Assembly (NCBI GenBank): GCA_036381155.1
Contig: DASVDJ010000159.1
Coordinates: forward strand, 19,291-83,290
From: Vicinamibacterales bacterium
GTDB taxonomy: Bacteria > Acidobacteriota > Vicinamibacteria > Vicinamibacterales > JAENWD01
DNA: 64,000 bases
Reading direction: 5' to 3'
This document shows positions 52,136 to 58,903 of the stretch, piece by piece (within the stretch, counting starts at the first letter, position 1; every line of letters begins with the position of its first letter). Both the position numbers and the translations under genes were made by a program. The notes beneath the pieces were generated by a model. The model saw nothing but the letters and a program-made list of their open reading frames with translations. It ran no database searches and was not told the origin of the DNA.

Positions 52136-52555
52136 TCAGCCCTCGCGCAACTCCTTGGCCACACAACGTGAGTTTCGCGGGGCGCGGAACACATCTCGAA
52201 CACCCAGGGAGGGCAAGTCCAGCACCTTAGCGTCCGCCAAGTTCGGCTCGTGCCGCACTGCCTGCCAACCGGCGTGCATGAGGCCTGGTGGGAGCACCTC
52301 AATGGCATCTCCGCCCGCAGCGGGCAAGGAAGTTGTCACGGCCGCTGTTGCTTGCCGTGGAAACCGATGCACCTCGCGTCTGCGTGGGTCGAGGCTCGTT
52401 CCGGTCTTCGTCGTCGCGTGCTGGTTCCTTGACGAGACGTGTAGCCGTCTGGCAGCGCTCACCTGTGCTCGGTTTCCGTCGGGAGCGGGGGCACGTCCGT
52501 CGCCGATCATTCGCGTAACGTCGGCAGCATTGTCGATTGCTCCTTCGTAGTCCAC
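52136..52555 (-). CDS. hypothetical protein
   Basis: Track ORF 52136..52714. I prefer the in-frame GTG at 52555, preceded by AGGAGGAGA. The ATG at 52579 is immediately flanked by the pyrimidine arm of a hairpin. Composition is unremarkable, so coding status is uncertain. Confidence 0.3.
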   Translation of the reverse strand: MDYEGAIDNAADVTRMIGDGRAPAPDGNRAQVSAARRLHVSSRNQHATTKTGTSLDPRRREVHRFPRQATAAVTTSLPAAGGDAIEVLPPGLMHAGWQAVRHEPNLADAKVLDLPSLGVRDVFRAPRNSRCVAKELREG

Positions 52556-52579
52556 CGGTCTCCTCCTCTTGCGCGGCAT

Positions 52580-52620
52580 CTTCGAGGGAAGGCTCGATCG
52601 CTGCCCGCCTTCCCTCGAAG
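52580..52620 (-). promoter_or_regulatory. perfect 13-bp-stem hairpin 12 nt after SpoVG-like gene 1
   Basis: CTTCGAGGGAAGG (52580-52592), 15-nt loop, CCTTCCCTCGAAG (52608-52620). Confidence 0.7.
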
Positions 52621-52631
52621 GACGCCAGTGT

Positions 52632-52934
52632 TCAGGTGTCCGATTGACCGCTCTCCGCGGCGTAGGCCTGCAGCACGAGCTGACGGAGGCGGTCCTCGGC
52701 GCTCCGGTCGTCAACGGCGCGGATCAGTGAAAAGTTGCGCCGCTCTCCGTTCACCATGAACGGGCGCGCCGGGAAGGTCACATTGCGGCCCGATCCGTTG
52801 CGCTGTCGCCAGATGGCGAAGCCGAGCAGCTTCAGACCATCGAGCTCTCCGCCGATGAACTGCAGCTCGGCATCCGCCAGCTTGTCCTGCGGTGTGTTCT
52901 TCTCGTTGCGAACGATATTGACCGTGATCGTCAT
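52632..52934 (-). CDS. SpoVG-like small nucleic-acid-binding protein, paralog 1 (assignment by pattern only)
   Basis: 100 aa with an AAGGAG RBS. The layout KLADAELQF..GLKLLGFAIW..GRNVTFPARPF..GERRNFSLIR..LRQLVLQAY parallels SpoVG (beta-strands, then the P-containing loop, then the helix). Paralogous to 56387..56710. Confidence 0.5.
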   Translation of the reverse strand: MTITVNIVRNEKNTPQDKLADAELQFIGGELDGLKLLGFAIWRQRNGSGRNVTFPARPFMVNGERRNFSLIRAVDDRSAEDRLRQLVLQAYAAESGQSDT

Positions 52935-52976
52935 GGGGTCTGCTCCTTACATGCGCTCGCATCGGCGAGCCGGGCG

Positions 52977-53402
52977 TTATGCGTGTGCGGCGTGCGCCTG
53001 CTCCTCTTCGAGCGGTGCGCCGAGCCGCTGCCACAGCCAGTTCTGCAAGGTGTTCAAGCCGACGAGCACCGGATCCGCGGGTACGAACAGGTGCCCGTGC
53101 TCGCGGCAGCGCCGCTTCTGCCACGAACGTTCCGTGGCGTCGACGAGAATCAGCCGCGCCTTCGTCCTGGCGCGACACGCATCGAAGACGATCTCGTCGA
53201 GGGCCAGTCCCGACACGTCCGCGAGCGGCGCGGTGTAGAGCGTCATCGTGGACGGAGCATCGAGGGCGGCCGGTGCGGTCGTGATGTGGGCGTAATAGAG
53301 GCGTGTGTGCCGGCCGATCGTCACCCCGATGCTGGGTGTGATCGACGTCGTGTTCATCGCTGGTCCTTCCTTTCGAATCGAGCCCAACGTCCAAGCGGTC
53401 AT
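52977..53402 (-). CDS. hypothetical protein
   Basis: 141 aa from the ATG at 53402, which makes an ATGA overlap with the upstream small ORF. Alternatively 126 aa from the ATG at 53357, which has an AAGGAAGGA RBS. Confidence 0.5.
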   Translation of the reverse strand: MTAWTLGSIRKEGPAMNTTSITPSIGVTIGRHTRLYYAHITTAPAALDAPSTMTLYTAPLADVSGLALDEIVFDACRARTKARLILVDATERSWQKRRCREHGHLFVPADPVLVGLNTLQNWLWQRLGAPLEEEQAHAAHA

Positions 53403-53581
53403 GAACCTGCCGGGCCATCACGTAATTGCGAGAAGCCGGGCTCGACCGAGGGCCTCGTCAAGGGCGCCAGCCGCGCGGAGCGCGGTCGGAGCCAGGCGAT
53501 GCAGGCGGAGATCCTTGACGAGCCCGAGGCGAGCCGGACAATCGGACCCGTGATGGCCCATAGCAGACAGCCGTCCGTCAT
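53399..53581 (-). CDS. possible 60-aa ORF
   Basis: GAAGGAG lies 7 nt upstream of the ATG at 53581. Its stop overlaps the ATG at 53402. No recognisable features. Confidence 0.25.
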   Translation of the reverse strand: MTDGCLLWAITGPIVRLASGSSRISACIAWLRPRSARLAPLTRPSVEPGFSQLRDGPAGS

Positions 53582-53826
53582 CGGGCGGTTCTCCTTCGCA
53601 GGGAGCGAGACCCGCGCGCACACGAGCCTCGCCCCCGGTTGTCCATGCGAAGCACGATGCTTCGCGCGGGCCTCAACGGTGTTCTGGTTCTCAGAGAGCC
53701 GCTGGGCTTGATGGCGCAAGCGGCGATGCAGGCGATCTCGGTCGCCTCAGGAACGGGCGGGGTTGAACCCGCACCCGCACATCTGGTGGGCGCCGCGGGG
53801 CTGTGCCCGCACGGCGGATGACCCGG

Positions 53827-54933
53827 TCAGTGGACCGTGGTCAGGAGTCGGCTGGCGGCGCGGTCGAGTGCGAATCGGTGATCCTGCCACGGGGTGCGCT
53901 GACTGAGTCGCGTTAACCCTTGCACATACCCCCAGACGGATCGGGGATTCGTCTCGTACTGCTCGGCAAGCGCGTAGGCGTGTGCAGCCTGCTTGCGCGA
54001 GAGCTCCACTCGCGCGGTAACGGCATCGAGCACCGCGTCTCGCGTCGGCCCCAGCTCGTGGGTCGTGGCCCGGAGGAGCAGCGTCCGATCGTCGGCGGCG
54101 CCTGTGTCGAGCGCCGAACGCACCGCCTCCAGTGAGTCGGTCCACGCCGCGTGAATGGACCCACCTACGTGCCGGCGCCGAAAGCTGGCGACGTGCCGGA
54201 AGCCCCAGATGATGTTGTTGCCGCACACGGCGCGGTAGAGAAACACATCCAGGGTCAGGGCGGCGGCGCCCACGTCGCTGTTCCGGATGATGAACCCGCG
54301 GAACAACCCTCCGTGCGACCGGTCGGTGGGATCGTCGAGATCACGGTTGCCGTCGATCAGGAAGAGAAACATGTCTCGATCTCCCAGATACGCGCCGGAG
54401 GGCACGAGCTCGGCCCCGTACACGCCATCCTTGTACCCGAGCGGCAGGTGCCACGCCGGATGAGCGGCCATGAGGTCGAGCACCCGGGCGGCCAGGTCGT
54501 CGTGGTGCACCCGCGCGTACCTCGGCGAGGTGATCGCGTGGATGGTCCACGGCGCTTCGCGATCCGCGAGGACTTGATGCGCCTCGCGGTGTGGCCGCTC
54601 GAGGCCCACGTTGATCGCGCTCGACGCGATCGGCGCGGGCAGTGTCCGGAGGTACTTCGGCGGCGCGCCGACAATCGCGGCAAGCTGCTCGAAGCTCCAG
54701 TGCGTCAGCGGAGCGGTGCGACCCGACGCCTCTCGCACGACGAGGTCGTCGTCTGTTTCCGCCGCTGTTCGAACCTGGTGAGTCTCGATGGTGCGCTCTT
54801 CGGTGCGTGCCCGCCGGACGCGAGCCGCCTCGTAGAGCGCCGAGACGCTGGCGAACCGTTCGTCGGGCGGCCGCGTGGCCCATTCCCGATGCGCGGTATA
54901 CGCCGTGACCGCAGATACACCAGTCCTCTGCAT
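53827..54933 (-). CDS. DUF932-like (phage/plasmid-like) protein
   Basis: 368 aa with an AAAGGAG RBS. GFIIRNSDVGAAALTLDVFLYRAVCGNNIIWG resembles the NSEVG...C.N motif I associate with DUF932. Confidence 0.6.
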   Translation of the reverse strand: MQRTGVSAVTAYTAHREWATRPPDERFASVSALYEAARVRRARTEERTIETHQVRTAAETDDDLVVREASGRTAPLTHWSFEQLAAIVGAPPKYLRTLPAPIASSAINVGLERPHREAHQVLADREAPWTIHAITSPRYARVHHDDLAARVLDLMAAHPAWHLPLGYKDGVYGAELVPSGAYLGDRDMFLFLIDGNRDLDDPTDRSHGGLFRGFIIRNSDVGAAALTLDVFLYRAVCGNNIIWGFRHVASFRRRHVGGSIHAAWTDSLEAVRSALDTGAADDRTLLLRATTHELGPTRDAVLDAVTARVELSRKQAAHAYALAEQYETNPRSVWGYVQGLTRLSQRTPWQDHRFALDRAASRLLTTVH

Positions 54934-55056
54934 ACAGTGCTCCTTTCTGTGCCCTGAGGGCGATCGAGTGAGGAAGCATCTCCACGTCGCTGGACGATGC
55001 GTGGAGGGGTGGCCGGGATGGCCACAGGCGAGAAAACTGGAGACGCTACGGTGGGC

Positions 55057-56235
55057 TCATGCCGGCTCCTTTCCGTTTTCGAGGGTCGGCTGTCCGTCGG
55101 CCTCGTGATTCGATGCCAGGTATTCGCGCCGTAACAGCACGGGACCGATCTTCCTGGTCACGACGAGGGTGAGCTGTGTCAGACGCGGGACGCCGGGATC
55201 CCGTCGCCAGATGAACTCGCGGAGGTGCAGGGCCACGTGGGCGTCCGGCACGAGGGCCTTGACCTGCTGCAGCAACGACCATTGGTCCTTCGTCATCGTT
55301 CGCACCGGATGGCCGAAGACCACGAAATCCCGTTCGGTCACGTTGGATCGCTTCCGACGGAGCCATTGCTCGACGTGCGCGCGCATGCGCTCGACACCAT
55401 CATGCGTGTAGCGCGGCCGGTCCGCGACCGCGCGGAACGCCTGGTCGGCCATGGCCTCCTTGATCTCCGACGGAGGGAGCAGCCTGGCCGCCAGCCGCGC
55501 CTGCTGGTCCGGTGTACCGTGCTTGTTGATCCACGCGGTCATCGCCTGCCACCGTTCATCGCGCAGGCGCACGTGCTCAGCGCGCTCGCGGGCACGCCGT
55601 TCGCGTGCCGCGTTGACATCGGCCCGAAACCGTCGCAGGGCCTCGCGCGGCACGTCACGGGCGGGCCCAGTGTCGAGCTTCCGGTCGAAGCGGAGGTGCC
55701 CGTACGGGGTCGCAAGATAACAGCGTCTGGGCGTCGGCGAGGGGTGAGCGAGCGCCCGCTGCGTCGGATCGGCGAGAAAGGCCAGAGCGATCTCGGTGCG
55801 ACGAACCCGATCGGTGTCCGCGCGCTGGTCGCGCGCGATCGTCCGCTGCGCATGGTACGCGCGCTCGAGCTGATGATTGCGTGCGGCCAGCCGCAGCAGC
55901 TCGTCGATCGTGGGCGGCTCGTCGTAGATCGGCGCCCTGTCGATGCAGATGACGCGCTGATCCGCGTCGAGCTCGTATCGGGGGCGGAGCTTGAGGCGTG
56001 CCACGCCGTGGCCGTTGACGGTGACAAGGTGCAGGCGATTCGCCGGGACCTCGAACGTGATGCGCTGCACCGCGCGTCCGTCGCCGCCGGCAAGCAGCGA
56101 GGCCTTCCGGCCCGCCTCGGACAGGTGGTACACGGCGGTCACGGTCAATGCCTGAGCCGTCGCTGGACCGGGCAGTGTCGTCGGTGTGTTGACCTGCTCT
56201 GAATGAACCAGCACGGGGCGGGCCAAGGATTCCAT
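55057..56235 (-). CDS. hypothetical protein, 392 aa
   Basis: Long ORF co-directional with its neighbours. Arg-rich helical central region. No family recognised. Confidence 0.6.
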   Translation of the reverse strand: MESLARPVLVHSEQVNTPTTLPGPATAQALTVTAVYHLSEAGRKASLLAGGDGRAVQRITFEVPANRLHLVTVNGHGVARLKLRPRYELDADQRVICIDRAPIYDEPPTIDELLRLAARNHQLERAYHAQRTIARDQRADTDRVRRTEIALAFLADPTQRALAHPSPTPRRCYLATPYGHLRFDRKLDTGPARDVPREALRRFRADVNAARERRARERAEHVRLRDERWQAMTAWINKHGTPDQQARLAARLLPPSEIKEAMADQAFRAVADRPRYTHDGVERMRAHVEQWLRRKRSNVTERDFVVFGHPVRTMTKDQWSLLQQVKALVPDAHVALHLREFIWRRDPGVPRLTQLTLVVTRKIGPVLLRREYLASNHEADGQPTLENGKEPA

Positions 56236-56300
56236 GACGCGATCCTTTCCGGTCAGCGGCTTTGCTGAAACCTCACGTGACGGAAACGGGGGCTGTGCCC

Positions 56301-56325
56301 CCTCGAGGCCCTGAGGGCGTCGAGG
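56301..56325 (-). promoter_or_regulatory. two-tier stem-loop, copy b
   Basis: Minus-sense CCUCG-AC-GCCC-UCA-GGGC-CU-CGAGG. Confidence 0.6.
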
Positions 56326-56346
56326 GGGAGACAGCCGGGCGGTCGG

Positions 56347-56371
56347 GGTCGAGGGCCTGAGGCCGACGACC
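56347..56371 (-). promoter_or_regulatory. two-tier stem-loop, copy c
   Basis: Minus-sense GGUCG-UC-GGCC-UCA-GGCC-CU-CGACC. Confidence 0.6.
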
Positions 56372-56386
56372 GGTCACCCTGAGGAT

Positions 56387-56710
56387 TCACTCGGTCTGCA
56401 TCTCGACGCGGCTGAACGCGTCGAGGATGTAGTCCCGAATGGCCTCCTGCGCGCTGGCATCCCCGTTGGCGGGACGGAGCAGCGCGAAGCTCCGGCGTTC
56501 TCCGTTGACGGAGTACTGCCGGGCCGGGAACGTGACGTTCCTCCCTCCGGTCCGTCGTTCCCAGATGGCGAAGCCGATCAGCTTGAGCCCGCTCAGCGGG
56601 CCGGCGCCGGCTTCGAAGGTCAGTTCCGCATCGGCCAGCTTCCCCGGAGGGTTGCCGGACGTGTTGGGAACGACCCGTACGGACACGAGTTCCGTCTTGC
56701 CTTTGGTCAT
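56387..56710 (-). CDS. SpoVG-like small nucleic-acid-binding protein, paralog 2 (assignment by pattern only)
   Basis: Track ORF trimmed to MTKGKTELVSV at 56710 with a GGAGGA RBS. KLADAELTF..GLKLIGFAIW..GRNVTFPARQY..GERRSFALLR aligns residue for residue with 52632..52934. Confidence 0.55.
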   Translation of the reverse strand: MTKGKTELVSVRVVPNTSGNPPGKLADAELTFEAGAGPLSGLKLIGFAIWERRTGGRNVTFPARQYSVNGERRSFALLRPANGDASAQEAIRDYILDAFSRVEMQTE

Positions 56711-56727
56711 GGAGTCCTCCATTTGGA

Positions 56728-56752
56728 CGCCGAGGGCCTGAGACCGACGGCG
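56728..56752 (-). promoter_or_regulatory. two-tier stem-loop, copy d, in the 5' leader of SpoVG-like gene 2
   Basis: Minus-sense CGCCG-UC-GGUC-UCA-GGCC-CU-CGGCG. The inner stem keeps pairing through a G.U wobble only on the minus strand. Confidence 0.6.
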
Positions 56753-56880
56753 TAGGCGAAGGTTCCGGCGGATCCTGGGGATGCCGCGGAACGGGGTGGG
56801 ACGCACGGCTCTGGGAGCGCGTGCGTGCTGACGGGCAGAGCCGTCTGTATACCTATAAGAACCCGGTCACGACGGCAAAA

Positions 56881-58382
56881 CTAACGGGAGGTTACCAGAC
56901 GAACGCGACGCTGCTCAGTCAGCGATTGCCGATAGAAGGAGCGGGCCAGCGCACACGCTCGCGTCAACTTCGAGCGCTGCCAGATCGACCTCGTGTCGAG
57001 GGTCCCGGAGGACAGGCTCCTGCGTGATGCCTGCGCGATCGGCGCGATGCTTCGACGATGAGGGCAGTCAGCGGCGACAGGCCGGCCGTGAGCGCACCCA
57101 GCCGTCAACGCTGATGACCACGTCAGCCGGAATCTGCCTGCGGGAACGAGTGACAGAAGCGCAGGGCCAGCGAGAAACGCCGCCGCCGCACCAAGCGCGC
57201 CGCCGGCGAGCGAGAGCACGGCGCCTTCTGCGAGGAACTGGCGAACGAGCCGTGCGCGGCTCGCGCCCAGGGCCAGCCGCGTGGCGATCTCGTGCCGGCG
57301 CGAGATGGCCCGCATCAGCAGCAGGTTGGCTACGTTCGCGCAGCCGATCAAGAGGACGAGCGCCACGGCACCGCCGACCACGAGCAGCGGCAGGCGGACA
57401 TCGCTCAACATGGCGTCGTGCAGCAAGGTCACCCGCGCGATGAGATCGCGGGGCCGGTCGGGATTTGGCGGCAGGTTCCGTATCCAGGTTTCCAGGTCGG
57501 CCTGAGCCTGTTCGCGTGTGATGCCTGGTTTCACCCGTCCGATCACCGGCCTGATGACCCCGAGGCCTGGGCCGGGGCGGATCGCGTGCGGGATCCAATA
57601 CTCGGCGTTGGCAGGATACGAGAAGCCGCGCGGAAGAATGCCGACGATGCAATAGAGCGATCCGTTGAGCGTAATCGTCGTGTTGACGATGCGCGGATCG
57701 CCGCCGAACTGCCGCTGCCAGAGGCTGTCGGAGATCAGCACCGTGTTCTATCCCGGCTGTTCGTCTTCGGCGCCGAACGTGCGCCCCATCGCGGCGCCGA
57801 CGCCGAGAACCCGGAAGAAGTCGACGGTGACCGCGGCGCCCGTGAGTTGTGTGGCCGCGCCCGCACCCGCCAATGTCGATTCTGCCTGGGAGATCATGGC
57901 GATCGACTCGAAGGTACGGTTGGCGTCGCGGAAGTCCACGTAGTAGCCTTGCTCGCACATGCCCGGGCAGAGCCAGGCTGGTCTAAGACTCTAGACTAGG
58001 CGACGTGTACGAGATTGCGAACAGCCGGTCGGCGTCGGGGCAGGGAAGCGGCCGGAGGAGAACGCCATGCACGACGGTGAACATGGCGGTTGTTGCGCCG
58101 ATGCCGCGGGCCAGCGCGGCCGTCGTGAACGCCGGGCTGCGCCGCATCGCGCGTACCGCGTGACGCACGTCCCGCGCGAGATCATCGAGCCACGGCAGCC
58201 CGCGCTGATCGCGCAGCGCCTCCATCGCCGCGAGCTGTCCGCCCGCCTTAGTGAGTGCGGGGCGGCCCGCTTCGGCGGCCCATCTCCGCATGCAGTCGCG
58301 GCTACTCGGCCAGATCTTCGTCGCTCCGTCGCGGGCGTACCACCCCGAGGAGGCGAGCGCTCCATTCACGCAGCCAGCGCAT
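56881..58382 (-). pseudogene. decayed, 3'-truncated ADOP-type (FtsX/MacB-like) ABC permease
   Basis: Collinear fragments lie in different frames. MRWLREWSARLLG..DEDLAE is the C-terminal end of track ORF 58302..58709. LARDVRHAVRAMRRSPAFT...LLRPLPCPDADRL is in 57983..58369. MacB_PCD-like fragments are in 57748..57960 and 56881..57741. The FtsX helices are broken by further frameshifts near 57060-57140. The second half of the duplicated permease is absent. Confidence 0.75.
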
Positions 58383-58613
58383 GTCGGGTCCCTGCGCGTT
58401 GCCCCTTAACGGTGCATGGAAGATGCGCGTCTTCCCAGTCACGGCGGCGCAGCAGTTTATTAACCGTGCCAATGGAGCGTCCGCCAACTGTATCTGAATG
58501 CCAAATAGAAGCGGGAGTCGGTTCCTTGGCCACGCCGGCGTCTCCGGATGTGGGACCGGAGGTGACCCGAAGCGCGCGTTGACAGCCATTCCGGCCGTAC
58601 CGACTCGCGAAAG

Positions 58614-58694
58614 CCCCTTGCAACGACCCGCGAACGCCCCTTGCACCGACACCCGGAAGCTGCCTTGCACCAGTCGTGAACCCCGTGTACAAGG
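58614..58694 (+). repeat. three direct CCTTGCAMC repeats plus an inverted copy upstream of the 804-aa gene
   Basis: ccccttgcaacgac at 58614-58627, ccccttgcaccgac at 58637-58650, tgccttgcaccagt at 58661-58674 (23-24 nt spacing), then gtgtacaagg at 58685-58694. Confidence 0.6.
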
Positions 58695-58903
58695 TCGCGA
58701 GATGGCCATATGCTCGTCGTTGCTGGCGCTCCCCGCAGGCCTCCTGCTGGCAGCGCTGTGCTGGCGGGAGGGCAGGGCATTCGGTCAACCACGAGCGGAA
58801 AATCCCGGGCGCCTCAAGGGTTCGCTCGCTCCGCTCGCTGGCGGCGCGCGCTTGCTCGGCCCGGCGCGCTCCCATCGTACTGGCATTTGCCGGGGATCGA
58901 CGT

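Noticed and set aside
52579-52714. Longer versions of the 52136 ORF starting at 52714 or at the ATG at 52579.
   Set aside because: The 52714 start overlaps SpoVG-like gene 1. The ATG at 52579 abuts the pyrimidine arm of the 13-bp hairpin and has no RBS. The GTG at 52555 has AGGAGGAGA upstream. The ORF's coding status remains doubtful.
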